NCBI GenBank assembly: GCA_028699255.1
Contig: JAQVUX010000002.1
Location: 173,875-237,874 of the forward strand
From: Candidatus Omnitrophota bacterium
Lineage (GTDB): Bacteria; Omnitrophota; Gorgyraeia; 2-01-FULL-45-10
Direction: 5' to 3'
DNA: 64,000 bases
This document shows positions 50,312 through 60,825 of the stretch, in pieces. The position numbers and the translations under genes are program-made. Numbering within the stretch: position 1 is the stretch's first letter; the number at the start of each line of letters is the position of its first letter. The notes under the pieces were generated by a model. The model did no database searches. It worked only from the letters and a program-made list of their open reading frames with translations, and had not been told where the DNA came from.

Positions 50312-51128
50312 TTTAAGCGTTACAAAGAGGATGATTACGAGCATCATAATAGTGACGCTTGTAACTCTCGTCATATTCTTTTTCCCGAATTGGGTCTTCG
50401 CGCTTCTTGCTTCTGTAATGATAGGCCTGGCGCTTATCGAGTTCTTCGCTCTCGTCGAGCGTAAGAATATATTTGTGTATAAATATCTCGGCGTGATAAT
50501 AGGTATGTGCGTGCCTATCATGCTCTATTTTCAGATGGGGGGAGAAGGGTATTTTACACTCGAACCGTTCTTCATAGTCATAGCGTGCCTGTTTATATTC
50601 GTACTGCAGTTTACAAGGCGGGACAGCTCTCAGGCGCTTGTGAGTATTGCCGTAACGCTCTTCGGGCTTCTTTACATCGCATGGTTCTTCTCTTATTTTC
50701 TTAAGCTGAAATTCCTGCATAACGGCGCGTATCTGGTGGCATTCTTAGTCCTCGTAACGAAGATGGGCGACGTGGGGGCATATCTTGTCGGCAACGCGGC
50801 CGGCAAGCACGCGCTTATCCCGCGGATAAGCCCGCACAAGACGATCGAGGGGACGATAGGCGGGCTTTTATTCAGCGTCATGAGCGCTGTGGCAAGCAGG
50901 AGCTATCTTCCCGATTTTTCCTACGCGCATCTTGTGGTGCTGGGTATTTTGCTCGGGATACTGGCTCAGGTAGGGGATCTGGCCGAGTCGCTTTTAAAGA
51001 GAGATTCGGGTGTTAAGGATTCCGGCGCGGTCTTTTCCGGATTCGGCGGGATGTTGGATCTCATAGATAGCCTATTATTCACAGCCCCCATATTTTATTT
51101 TTATGTCGCGGTATTAATGAAAAAATGA
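50301..51128 (+). CDS. cdsA: phosphatidate cytidylyltransferase
   Basis: 275 aa multi-TM; CTP-transferase signature KRDSGVKDSGAVFSGFGGMLDLIDS. Confidence 0.8.
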   Translation: MADNLSVTKRMITSIIIVTLVTLVIFFFPNWVFALLASVMIGLALIEFFALVERKNIFVYKYLGVIIGMCVPIMLYFQMGGEGYFTLEPFFIVIACLFIFVLQFTRRDSSQALVSIAVTLFGLLYIAWFFSYFLKLKFLHNGAYLVAFLVLVTKMGDVGAYLVGNAAGKHALIPRISPHKTIEGTIGGLLFSVMSAVASRSYLPDFSYAHLVVLGILLGILAQVGDLAESLLKRDSGVKDSGAVFSGFGGMLDLIDSLLFTAPIFYFYVAVLMKK

Positions 51129-52279
51129 GAAAAAAAATCGCAATCCTCGGGTCGACCGGATCGATAGGAACGAGCGCGCTCGATGTCGTAGCGCGCTCCG
51201 GCGGAGCGTTTGAGGTTGTCGCGCTATCCGCAGGTTCCAATGTAAAGCTTCTCGCGGCCCAGGCGCGCGCCTTCAGGCCACGGGTCGTTTCGATAGCCGA
51301 TGAGCGTCTCGCGCGGCAGTTAAAAGCGCTCCTGCCGGGCGCGACTAAGATATTATGCGGCGCCGATGCCCCGAGCGAAATATTGTCGCGAGGCGGGATC
51401 GATATTGTGCTTATGGCGATCTCCGGCACCGAATGCATCATGCCGCTCGTCGAGAGCGTAAAGAAGAAGCGCCGCGTAGCTCTCGCGAACAAAGAGGCTC
51501 TTATAAGCGCGGGTCAGATCGTGATGGAGCTTGCCGCGAAGTCCGGCGCCGAGATCATACCGGTTGATAGCGAGCATAGCGCGATATTCCAGTGCGTTGA
51601 CGGCAGGCGCGAATACCTTTCTAAGATATACCTTACAGGTAGCGGCGGGCCGCTTTTAAACGTCCCGGCCCGAAGGTTCGATTCTCTCCGACGAGGAGAT
51701 GTCCTGAACCATCCCAGGTGGAAGATGGGCAGAAAAATAACCGTTGATTCCGCTACCATGATGAATAAGGGGCTCGAGGTTATCGAGGCCCAGTATCTTT
51801 TCGGCGTCGATGCCGCCCGGATAGAGGTACTCATCCACCCCGAAGCGGTTATACACTCGATGGTGGAGTTCGCCGACGGCGCTATATTGGCGCAACTCGG
51901 TGCGCCGGACATGCGTCTGCCGATCCAATATGCGCTTACGTATCCGCGCCGCGCCGACGGCTTAGCCAAACACGTGGATTTTGCTAAAATAGGGCGTCTT
52001 ACGTTCAAACAGCCGGATTACAAAAAGTTTCCATGTCTTGAACTCGCGGCCCGGGCGGCTGCGTTCGGCGGAACCGCTCCGGCGGCCCTGTGCGCGGCAG
52101 ACGAAGAAACTGTCGCCTCCTATCTCGACGGCCGGATAAAGTTTTCGGATATACCAAAAGTGATATCGCGGGTCCTTTCCGCGCATAAAAATATAAACGA
52201 TACAAAGCCGTCTCTTGGCGACATATTAGAAGCCGTGGGGCGTTCAAAAGAGGAAGCGAGGGTAATCTGTTGTCAGTAA
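51125..52279 (+). CDS. dxr: 1-deoxy-D-xylulose 5-phosphate reductoisomerase
   Basis: 384 aa; ILGSTGSIGTSAL NADPH motif and LANKEALI. Confidence 0.9.
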   Translation: MRKKIAILGSTGSIGTSALDVVARSGGAFEVVALSAGSNVKLLAAQARAFRPRVVSIADERLARQLKALLPGATKILCGADAPSEILSRGGIDIVLMAISGTECIMPLVESVKKKRRVALANKEALISAGQIVMELAAKSGAEIIPVDSEHSAIFQCVDGRREYLSKIYLTGSGGPLLNVPARRFDSLRRGDVLNHPRWKMGRKITVDSATMMNKGLEVIEAQYLFGVDAARIEVLIHPEAVIHSMVEFADGAILAQLGAPDMRLPIQYALTYPRRADGLAKHVDFAKIGRLTFKQPDYKKFPCLELAARAAAFGGTAPAALCAADEETVASYLDGRIKFSDIPKVISRVLSAHKNINDTKPSLGDILEAVGRSKEEARVICCQ

Positions 52280-53352
52280 TAATTTTTTTAGTGGTTCTTG
52301 GGATCCTTGTTATAGTTCATGAGTTCGGCCATTTTTTCGCGGCGAAATCGCTCGGCGTGCGTGTCGAGAAATTCTCGATAGGTTTCGGCCCGAAGGTGGC
52401 GTCTATAAAAAGAGACGATACCGAATATCTCATTTCAGCGATTCCTCTCGGCGGATATGTCAAGATGGGCGGCGACGAGCCGGGGGAGAAGATAACAGGC
52501 CAAAAGTGGGAATTTCTTTCGAGGCCCATATTCGACAGGTTTCGGATAATACTTGCGGGTCCGCTATTGAATTATGTATTCGCTTTTATACTGCTATCCG
52601 TCGTATTTATGGTCGGCACGCCCGTAACGACTACCGAAGTGGGTATAGTTATGGACGGGTATCCGGCTAAAAGCGCAGGCCTTCTCTCGGGCGATAAGAT
52701 AGTGGCCGTAGACGGCAAAGCCATAAGTTACGGGGATGCGCTTGTCGCGGTTATCAATAAGCACACCAAAGGCCCGATCTCGTTGACCGTAGAGCGACGG
52801 GGTAAGGTATTTGTTCAGGAAATTACGCCCGTCGTGGAAAAGCATAGAGTCGGTTTAGGCGGCAAAGAGGTGGAGATCGCGCGCATCGGGATACAGCCGG
52901 CCCAGAAGATAGTTAAGGGCGGGTATGGATTTTTCGGTTCCATGTATATGGGCGCGCAGTCGCTCTGGCAGATAACGGCGCTGACGTACAAGGCGCTATG
53001 GGGTATGTTGATAGGAAAGCTGTCCGTTAAGGAGATGAGCGGGCCCGTCGGTATATTTGTTATTACCGCCCAGGCCGCGAAGATGGGCGGTATATATCTT
53101 CTAAATCTCATGGCTATATTAAGCGCGTCATTGGCTATATTCAATCTTCTACCGCTCCCGATCTTAGACGGCGGGCATTTGCTGTTCCTGGCGATCGAAA
53201 AGGCGCGCGGGAAGCCGTTATCGATGAAGGCGCAGGAGATGATCGCGAATGTCGGGGTGGCGCTACTGATACTCTTCACCATATTTGTTTTTTACAACGA
53301 CATTATTAAATTTGGGATCGCGGATAAGATAGCGAAACTATTCGGAAAATGA
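52270..53352 (+). CDS. rseP: RIP zinc metalloprotease (site-2 protease) with PDZ
   Basis: 360 aa; HEFGHF zinc motif in TM1, PDZ domain, and C-terminal LPLPILDGG. Confidence 0.85.
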   Translation: MSVIIFLVVLGILVIVHEFGHFFAAKSLGVRVEKFSIGFGPKVASIKRDDTEYLISAIPLGGYVKMGGDEPGEKITGQKWEFLSRPIFDRFRIILAGPLLNYVFAFILLSVVFMVGTPVTTTEVGIVMDGYPAKSAGLLSGDKIVAVDGKAISYGDALVAVINKHTKGPISLTVERRGKVFVQEITPVVEKHRVGLGGKEVEIARIGIQPAQKIVKGGYGFFGSMYMGAQSLWQITALTYKALWGMLIGKLSVKEMSGPVGIFVITAQAAKMGGIYLLNLMAILSASLAIFNLLPLPILDGGHLLFLAIEKARGKPLSMKAQEMIANVGVALLILFTIFVFYNDIIKFGIADKIAKLFGK

Positions 53353-54386
53353 TAAAGCGTAAGAAGACCAGGCAGGTTATTGTCGGAGGCGTTAAGATAG
53401 GCGGCGGCGCGCCGGTGTCGATACAATCGATGGCCAAGGTCGCCACTTCCGACGTGCGTCGCGTGGTATCTCAGATAAAAGAGCTCGAGCGCGCCGGCTG
53501 TGAGATCATAAGGATTGCCGTAAAGGATATGGACGACGCCCGCGCGGTAAGAAAGATAAAAGAGAAGATACATATACCGCTCGTCTGCGACATCCATTTC
53601 AACTACCGCCTGGCGCTCGAGGCGATAAAAAACGGTGCGGATAAAATACGTTTGAATCCCGGGAATATAAGAAAGCGCGGTGAGATAGCTCAGGTCGTAA
53701 TGGCCGCGAAGGGGGCGGGGATACCGATCAGGATAGGGGTAAACTCCGGTTCGGTGGTTAAAGGGCGCGGGACAGTGACGAGTTCCCTCGTAAAATCCGC
53801 GCTCGACTACGTGAAATTATTTGAGCAAATGGACTTTCGTGATATAATCATATCACTGAAGGCCTCGGATGTGGCCACGACCGTAGCCGCTTACAGGGAA
53901 ATATCGCAGAGATGCGATTACCCTCTGCATTTGGGGGTTACCGCTTCCGGTTCGCATGATCAGGGTATCGTAAAGTCTGCGATAGGCATAGGCGCGCTTC
54001 TTCTCGACGGCATAGGCGATACAATACGGGTTTCATTGACGGCCGATCCGGTCGAAGAAGTTTTAGCCGCCAAACGCATATTAAGTTCCGTAGGTATGCG
54101 GCGCGACGGCGCGGAAGTTATAGCGTGCCCGACGTGCGGACGGTGCCAGGTGGACTTAGGCGCGATAGTCGGACAACTTGAGAAGAAGGTTCTGGAGCAA
54201 GCCGCAGGATACGGAAATATCAGGATAGCCGTGATGGGCTGTGAAGTGAATGGGCCCGGCGAGGCACGCGAGGCGGATATAGGCATCGCGTTCGGCAAAG
54301 ACTCGGGAATGTTATTTAAAAAAGGTAAGATGATTAAAAAAGTAAAAGCAAAAGACGCGATTAAAGAATTATTGAGACAAATATGA
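53349..54386 (+). CDS. ispG: 4-hydroxy-3-methylbut-2-enyl diphosphate synthase
   Basis: 345 aa; GcpE signature and the C-terminal CPTCGRC 4Fe-4S motif. Confidence 0.9.
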   Translation: MIKRKKTRQVIVGGVKIGGGAPVSIQSMAKVATSDVRRVVSQIKELERAGCEIIRIAVKDMDDARAVRKIKEKIHIPLVCDIHFNYRLALEAIKNGADKIRLNPGNIRKRGEIAQVVMAAKGAGIPIRIGVNSGSVVKGRGTVTSSLVKSALDYVKLFEQMDFRDIIISLKASDVATTVAAYREISQRCDYPLHLGVTASGSHDQGIVKSAIGIGALLLDGIGDTIRVSLTADPVEEVLAAKRILSSVGMRRDGAEVIACPTCGRCQVDLGAIVGQLEKKVLEQAAGYGNIRIAVMGCEVNGPGEAREADIGIAFGKDSGMLFKKGKMIKKVKAKDAIKELLRQI

Positions 54387-56104
54387 AATGGACCGAAGCG
54401 TTAATCCCGACACTTAAAGAAGATCCGCAGGACGCGGAAGTTATAAGCCATAAGCTTATGATACGCGGAGGGTTTATCCGCAAACTCAGCGCCGGCGCGT
54501 ATTCGTATCTTCCGCTTGGCGTGAAGACTCTCCATAAGATCGAGGCGATAATAAGAGAAGAGCTGGATAGTGTTGGTTGTCAGGAGGTGCTCCTGCCGGC
54601 CATCCATCCGCCTGAAATATGGAAGAAGACCGGCCGTTACGATGTGCTGGGGCCGGTGCTTATAAAATTCAAAGACCGCCACGGCAAGGAGTGCGTTCTC
54701 GGGCCGACCCACGAGGAGATAATAACAGACCTTGTAGCCAATAATCTCAAATCATATAAAGAACTTCCGTTCACACTCTATCAGATACAGACGAAGTTTC
54801 GCGATGAGCCCAGGCCGCGCTTCGGCATTATGCGCACCTCCGAGTTTATAATGAAGGACGCCTATAGCTTTGATTGCGATAGCGATGGGCTCGAGAAGAG
54901 TTACAGGAAGATGTACGATGCCTACTGCCGGATATTCGAGCGTTGCGGATTGCCGTATGTGGCGGTAGAGGCCGACCCCGGCATAATGGGCGGCAACGAT
55001 TCGAATGAATTCATGGTGCCGACCCCGGCGGGTGAGGACAGGATCGTCGTTTGCACTAAATGCAAATACTCCGCGAGCACAGAAGTTGCCAAGTGCGAAG
55101 GGGGTCCGGCGTTCGGTAAGGCCCAGGCGGCTAAAGAGAAGAAACTGCCGATAGCCGAAGTGGAGACGCCGGGGATAACGACGATCGAGGGGGTTTCCGA
55201 ACTTTTAAAGACAGAGCCGACGCGGTTGGTCAAGACGCTGATATATAAATGCGACGACAAAATAGTTGCGGTTCTTTTGCGCGGTGATTTCGAGGCCAAC
55301 GAAGCGAAGATAAAAAATTACCTGAAATGCGTCTCGCTTGAACTCGCCGATGCCAAAACGATAGAAGATGTAACGCTCGCGCCCGTCGGGTTTTCCGGCC
55401 CGGTGAAATTGCGCCTCGCGCGCATAATTGCCGATAACAGCGTCAAGGGCATGGTTAATTCTATTACCGGCGCCAATAAGAAGGACGCGCATCTTATAAA
55501 CGTAAACATAGACCGTGATTTTGAGACGAAAGAGTTTGCAGATTTACGGATGATAACGGCTGTAGACGGATGTCCGGCGTGCGGCAAGCCGATAGAGATA
55601 AAGCAGGCTATAGAGATAGGCCACACGTTCAAGCTCGGCACTAAATATTCGGAAGCGCTCCAGGCGAAGTTCCTCGATAAGGACGGTAAAGAGAATATCG
55701 CCATAATGGGCTGTTACGGCATAGGTGTGAACAGGATAATGGCCAGTCTTATTGAAACCTCGAACGATAAGGACGGGATAATATGGCCGGAGTCCATCGC
55801 TCCGTACAAAATTATAATTCTCGCGCTGAATATGGAAGATAAAAAGGTGAAAGAGCTGGCGGATGAATCCTATAAGGCGCTTATAAAATCAGGATTTGAT
55901 GTTTTATACGATGATAGGAATGAATCCGCTGGAGTAAAATTCAAAGACGCTGATCTCATAGGCATACCGATAAAGGTAATAATCGGATCGAAAAACGCCA
56001 AAAATAATATAGTTGAAGTCAAATCCCGCAAGACTGGCAAGATAGATCAGATCCCGCAGAAGGATCTCGTAGCTTTCCTCAAAACCTCTGAATCAACCGC
56101 GTAG
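54383..56104 (+). CDS. proS: proline--tRNA ligase (bacterial type with editing domain)
   Basis: 573 aa with class II aaRS motifs and an INS editing insertion; the stop codon is embedded in the palindrome at 56091-56123. Confidence 0.9.
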   Translation: MKWTEALIPTLKEDPQDAEVISHKLMIRGGFIRKLSAGAYSYLPLGVKTLHKIEAIIREELDSVGCQEVLLPAIHPPEIWKKTGRYDVLGPVLIKFKDRHGKECVLGPTHEEIITDLVANNLKSYKELPFTLYQIQTKFRDEPRPRFGIMRTSEFIMKDAYSFDCDSDGLEKSYRKMYDAYCRIFERCGLPYVAVEADPGIMGGNDSNEFMVPTPAGEDRIVVCTKCKYSASTEVAKCEGGPAFGKAQAAKEKKLPIAEVETPGITTIEGVSELLKTEPTRLVKTLIYKCDDKIVAVLLRGDFEANEAKIKNYLKCVSLELADAKTIEDVTLAPVGFSGPVKLRLARIIADNSVKGMVNSITGANKKDAHLINVNIDRDFETKEFADLRMITAVDGCPACGKPIEIKQAIEIGHTFKLGTKYSEALQAKFLDKDGKENIAIMGCYGIGVNRIMASLIETSNDKDGIIWPESIAPYKIIILALNMEDKKVKELADESYKALIKSGFDVLYDDRNESAGVKFKDADLIGIPIKVIIGSKNAKNNIVEVKSRKTGKIDQIPQKDLVAFLKTSESTA

Positions 56105-56123
56105 GTAACCTACGCGGTTGATT
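56091..56123. repeat. 16-bp perfect inverted repeat AATCAACCGCGTAGGT-a-ACCTACGCGGTTGATT overlapping the proS stop; shares the AACCGCGTAGGT core with the palindrome at 32-87
   Basis: Read directly from the sequence; may act as a terminator/stabiliser hairpin and/or a repeated extragenic palindrome. Confidence 0.6.
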
Positions 56124-56242
56124 GCGCGGTCGAACCTCCGGGTTAAATTAAGGTATAAAAAAGTTATATTTTCCGCTTTGATTTCTTTGGAATATATGTT
56201 ATCGTTTTAACAATATTAAGCGATAAAAAATCCGGAGAATTA

Positions 56243-59200
56243 ATGCATAATATTGGTATTAAGATTATATCGGCAGTTCTTGCCATAGCCTGCCTTCTGA
56301 CGTTTTCCGATGTAGCGCTGTGCTATGATTTTATTCCGGTTAAGGCGCATGATACGTTGGCGCTTGACTCGCAAATTCGCACCGCTGAGTTTTCAGCAAT
56401 ATTCAGTGAATTATACATAGGCCATGCCATTGCCGATGCCTGTAGATTGAACATAACAAGCGAAAACGGCGTAAAAGATCTTATAACTGCTCACCGCTCC
56501 CGCCTTGTCGGCCCAGCCGTTTCTAACCGTATCGGCTCCTTCGACCTTAAAAATCTCCAGGTTCGCCGTGAAGGCGATTCGTACTATTTGACCTACACAA
56601 ACGCATTAGACGGAAATAGAATATCCTGCCGTTATTTCGTACTACCTTCCAACGATTCCGCTTCTAACGCTATCCGCATATGCGACTTCGAATCCTCCTG
56701 CGTGAAGCGGACGGTGTGGATGGAGGTCGCTGGCGCTACTTCGGTCCCGGTAAAAGCAGGGCCTCTCGCCGCGGCTGAGTCGTCCGTTATGGACGCGAAG
56801 ACGCTTAAAGGCGCCGGAGTGATGTTAAAAGATGAAGCGCCGAAACCTAAACCCGCAGGTGCTCGATTGCTGGAATTTGCGAAAAAGCTTGAATCAATAC
56901 ATGCGGAAGTTAAAAAAAGAAGGCGTTTGCGCAAAGGTGAGCATTTCTGGTTAATTAGGGCGCCAAAAATATTGCGCCGGGCCAAACTTATACTTGATAA
57001 AGACGGCCCGGAAGAGGCGTTTGCGCAATTAGTGTATATGTGGAAAGGTTTGAACTCCTTCGCTGAAAAATATAAGGAATATGGACGGTTAACCGGTATC
57101 GAGTTTAATCCGAATGAATATGAAGAGTTTCTTGTGTGGTGGGCAAAAGAGATATACCCGACGAAGCCGGGACTTGCGCTTGCCGTGCATCTACAGCTTG
57201 CAAAATTTTCGCTCGATGCTATACCGCTTGTTCTTTCAATATCAGGTCGGGATAGTGAAATGGATATCGGGATGTGCGCTCTTATAGATAAATATAAAGT
57301 ATTGCTGGAAGAATTTTACGAAGATTCCCTCAGCTTGTCGGAAAGCATAAATGATTCTACCGGTGCGCCGAACCGAATAGCGGATTGGCGCCTTTATCTT
57401 TTAGCAATTCACAAGATCGATAAGATCATTTATAACCTGGGTGAGGTACGGCAAAATATTTTAGATACACCGGAAATACCCAAAAAAGTATCGCAATATT
57501 TTTTGAATGATGACAGCCCTCTATACCGGGCGCAACAACACCTGGTTCATGTTCAACACTATGCCAAAATGCTACAAGCGTCTTCCGGAGAAAATGGCCC
57601 ACAGCCCGACCAGACACGAACGCAGGAGGGTGAGCCGCCGCTACTCGGAGGCGGAACAGGGATTTATGTTATCGAACAGTCGATAGTAAAGGATGCACCT
57701 GAGGTTACGGCAACATTAATACGCGGGAATATCGTGGGCGGGACGATGACGAAGGATGAGGCGGTGCGCCTGCTCGTGAAGATGGCTATTACGGGAAACA
57801 AAGACAAGTGCGCCCGGATAGTTGCAGGTCTTAGTGAATTGGGATACGATATTGTATTCGCATACGAGGAAGCACTTGAGATAGCCATATTATGGCTGGA
57901 TTTTGGAACCGCGGTTGATAAGATGATAAGCTATCTTCGCTTTTACGTAAAAGAAGATGTCCATCCGGAACTTGATAAGCACCGAATGCAGTTGGCGGCG
58001 GGATTTTATGAAGTGCTTGACTTATTTGCCGGACAAAGCAAGGGTGGTATCGGGGAATTTGCGAATTTTTACAAAGTGGCTTCCCCGATACGGGATAGAT
58101 GGATGGCCTATCATAAAACGATCGTTGATTTAGCAGGCTTGCAACTAAGATCTGAAGAAAATGCGAGTCGTTTCCACGACCACTGTTATGAGATCGCCGG
58201 CGCTATATTATCGCCGGATGAAGTGCGTGGAACGTTGGATAGTGTTTTGCAAGACGCCGAATCCCTGATGTCGGTGTATGCCCCGATAATTAGCAACGCA
58301 ATATTAAACGATCATGTTATTCCAGAGGACGGGATAGGAGAAATAAGCGCTTTTATCTGTGATGCGCAAGATTTGATTTACACGACGCGGCAGAGGATCT
58401 CGGTAAGTCTGGCAGGATGCGGCGATTTGGTTATGGATATCGCTGACATGATCTCCGGGTTAAACAATATATATGCGGACAGCATGAATTATTATTTAAA
58501 AAAAATGGGAACGGAGTATCTGGCTTCCCTTGAGGCGGTCCAAAGAAGCGTGATTAAAGAAAAGCTCGTGCGTCTGGGTATTGCCGATATTCCTGGAGAG
58601 CAAGATAATCGCGCCCCCGGTAACGGGCAAACGCCTATCCACCCGCAGACGAAGCGTCCGCCATTCGGGCCGTATCATCATACGCCGGACCCGGGCGACG
58701 ACGATCCTTCGGTCGAAAACCCGTTACCGATTCCGAAACCTGCCGCAAGCTATGCCGGAATAAATGAGGCGCGCGAGGCCACGGCGGCACGGAGATTTGC
58801 CGAAAGTTATCTTGATGGCAGGCAGGTGCCTGTAGATTTTCCGCTAACAGATGATATCGTATCGCCAGGCCTTGGTGAGAGAGTGAAAAAAATAAGAAAA
58901 GCGTTTGGCGTATCGAAAATAGATTTTGCAGTAATGTTTGGTGTAACGCAAGGAGCAATAGATAGATGGGGGAAAGGCGGTACGCTTCCCAAATCATATA
59001 ATATGATAGCCGCCTTTGCTGAAAAATATGGGATACCGATGAAGTATCTTCTTAAAGGTGAGGGCGAAGAAGAGGCATTGGAGTCGGCTAATAAGCATAA
59101 AGAAGAGTTTCGCCGCGGGGTACTACCGCAAGCACCTGCAAAAAAGCTACCGCGGGTTGACATGGCAAAACAGGAAAAGGCGGCGCAACGCTTTGCGGCT

Positions 59201-60751
59201 ATTAGAGCGAACGAAGCGGCAGTCTTCGCGATTTTGAGCGAGGTGCCGGTAGATGTTATGGAGTGGGCGTTACCGCGGGCTAATATAGTCTCGTGCGCGT
59301 TTGCCAGGCGGTATAAAGAAAATGATAGATTGGTATATTGGTCGTATGCAATAGAAGGTTTTGCGCGAGCGTATCGTGCTTATGTCCTTAAAGGATGCGA
59401 TGGTGGGAAACTGGATCCCCGTAGCGCGCGTTTTAAGAAAATAGCCGATGCCGCGATGAGAAACGCTATTGCTGATTCTGCAAGATGTAAGACTGGTCGA
59501 GGCCGATTCTTGAAGAGCGGAGTCTTTCTGTTTTCAGAAGCGTTTACCGGCAAGGATGCTTATGATGATAAAAGTTTTCGATCGGAAAATATCCTGGGCA
59601 AATCGGAATTGCCCGCGGATAAGTTTGATGAATCCGGCGTGCCTGAAGAGATACTCAGCATGCTACGCCGGGATGGTTTACCGGCGCTTATCCAGTCCGT
59701 TGATACGCTTACGTCGGGTGAGAGATTTGTCCTGGCAAGATTTATTAAAAACGATGAAGCAACATTAGAAAAAATTGCGCGGGAGATGAAGTGTGGCAAA
59801 TCGTCAGTATTCAGAATATATAAAAGCGCTATCAATAAAATACAGGATTATGTTATGAAGAAGAACGCGCAAGCGCACTCAAAGATTGCCGCGCAACGCA
59901 AGGCTGTGGCGGAAGGCGTGGGCAAAGGCGACGCCGCCCCTCGACAGGCTCGGGACGGCGTCCTGAGTACGACAAAGAACGCCGTGGCGGCAATCCCGCC
60001 AAGCGGAATCAGCGAAGCTGAGGGGAAGGATGAAAAAGGGGTAGGGGGGAGAGAAAAGGGGGCAACTGTGGAAATAAAAGAGCGGGTTCTTTCCGATGAG
60101 CGGAACGCAACGAATGACGAAAGACGAAAGACGAACGACGAAATCACGATCGCCGTAGCCGATCTAATCGATACCGTCAAGGTCAGCGCTTACGGTATGA
60201 AGATGGGGGGGAGGGTGCAGAATGAGTGCCAGAATATAATGATCGCGCTGGAAGTCCCGGATGACGCGAAAGAGAACCCGATGCTCTTCGGTTCAGCCTT
60301 GCGGCAGGTTACGGACCGGCTAGAGCGGCAAGGCATCTTAGGCAACGGCAAGACCGTCAAAGTTAAGGTTGTCTGGGCGAAGTCGAGCGAATTATGTTCT
60401 ACCATTTTAAGTGAGAATTCCGATTTTGGCGCTCCGGTATCAAATATAGTCGTATTGGGCAAGGAAGCGACATTCAACGGAGAAGAGTTTGCGCCTCTTA
60501 AAGGCAAGGCATTCTTTGCCTGCATCGATTTCACGGGCCGGCCGGATTATGCCAGAATATTGACGCTTGCGATGAAGCTTGCCTTCAACCTCGATTCTAC
60601 TGGTAATCCTATCGTAAACTATGGCGATATCGAGATCCTCTGGATAGCTGATAAGGTCGCGAGATTACTGCCGAAGTCAGGAGCGATAGAGACAGGCAAG
60701 AAGGACGATCGGTTTAGGTTAGAGGTGCGCGAGCTCAAGCGTCAGGCGTAA
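56243..60751 (+). CDS. large orphan protein (1502 aa) with an N-terminal signal-peptide/anchor-like segment, an XRE-type HTH (about aa 877-940) and a sigma-70 region-4-like HTH (about aa 1156-1205)
   Basis: A single uninterrupted ORF with a GGAGA RBS 5 nt upstream of the ATG and AT-rich upstream DNA. HTH_XRE-like: SKIDFAVMFGVTQGAIDRWGKGGTLPKSYNMIAAFAEKYGIPMKYLLKGEG. Region-4-like: LTSGERFVLARFIKNDEATLEKIAREMKCGKSSVFRIYKSAINKI. No enzymatic motifs recognised. Confidence 0.6.
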   Translation: MHNIGIKIISAVLAIACLLTFSDVALCYDFIPVKAHDTLALDSQIRTAEFSAIFSELYIGHAIADACRLNITSENGVKDLITAHRSRLVGPAVSNRIGSFDLKNLQVRREGDSYYLTYTNALDGNRISCRYFVLPSNDSASNAIRICDFESSCVKRTVWMEVAGATSVPVKAGPLAAAESSVMDAKTLKGAGVMLKDEAPKPKPAGARLLEFAKKLESIHAEVKKRRRLRKGEHFWLIRAPKILRRAKLILDKDGPEEAFAQLVYMWKGLNSFAEKYKEYGRLTGIEFNPNEYEEFLVWWAKEIYPTKPGLALAVHLQLAKFSLDAIPLVLSISGRDSEMDIGMCALIDKYKVLLEEFYEDSLSLSESINDSTGAPNRIADWRLYLLAIHKIDKIIYNLGEVRQNILDTPEIPKKVSQYFLNDDSPLYRAQQHLVHVQHYAKMLQASSGENGPQPDQTRTQEGEPPLLGGGTGIYVIEQSIVKDAPEVTATLIRGNIVGGTMTKDEAVRLLVKMAITGNKDKCARIVAGLSELGYDIVFAYEEALEIAILWLDFGTAVDKMISYLRFYVKEDVHPELDKHRMQLAAGFYEVLDLFAGQSKGGIGEFANFYKVASPIRDRWMAYHKTIVDLAGLQLRSEENASRFHDHCYEIAGAILSPDEVRGTLDSVLQDAESLMSVYAPIISNAILNDHVIPEDGIGEISAFICDAQDLIYTTRQRISVSLAGCGDLVMDIADMISGLNNIYADSMNYYLKKMGTEYLASLEAVQRSVIKEKLVRLGIADIPGEQDNRAPGNGQTPIHPQTKRPPFGPYHHTPDPGDDDPSVENPLPIPKPAASYAGINEAREATAARRFAESYLDGRQVPVDFPLTDDIVSPGLGERVKKIRKAFGVSKIDFAVMFGVTQGAIDRWGKGGTLPKSYNMIAAFAEKYGIPMKYLLKGEGEEEALESANKHKEEFRRGVLPQAPAKKLPRVDMAKQEKAAQRFAAIRANEAAVFAILSEVPVDVMEWALPRANIVSCAFARRYKENDRLVYWSYAIEGFARAYRAYVLKGCDGGKLDPRSARFKKIADAAMRNAIADSARCKTGRGRFLKSGVFLFSEAFTGKDAYDDKSFRSENILGKSELPADKFDESGVPEEILSMLRRDGLPALIQSVDTLTSGERFVLARFIKNDEATLEKIAREMKCGKSSVFRIYKSAINKIQDYVMKKNAQAHSKIAAQRKAVAEGVGKGDAAPRQARDGVLSTTKNAVAAIPPSGISEAEGKDEKGVGGREKGATVEIKERVLSDERNATNDERRKTNDEITIAVADLIDTVKVSAYGMKMGGRVQNECQNIMIALEVPDDAKENPMLFGSALRQVTDRLERQGILGNGKTVKVKVVWAKSSELCSTILSENSDFGAPVSNIVVLGKEATFNGEEFAPLKGKAFFACIDFTGRPDYARILTLAMKLAFNLDSTGNPIVNYGDIEILWIADKVARLLPKSGAIETGKKDDRFRLEVRELKRQA

Positions 60752-60825
60752 TTCCACCCCCTGGGGTGAAAACAGTAGAAATTTATCATATATTTTACCT
60801 GCTGAGTGAGGAAGTTTTTCATTTT

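Noticed and set aside
56105-56242. candidate sigma-70 promoter for the giant ORF (TTGATT ... TATCGT)
   Set aside because: The region is AT-rich and surely holds a promoter, but no hexamer pair with convincing spacing could be picked, so no specific coordinates are reported.
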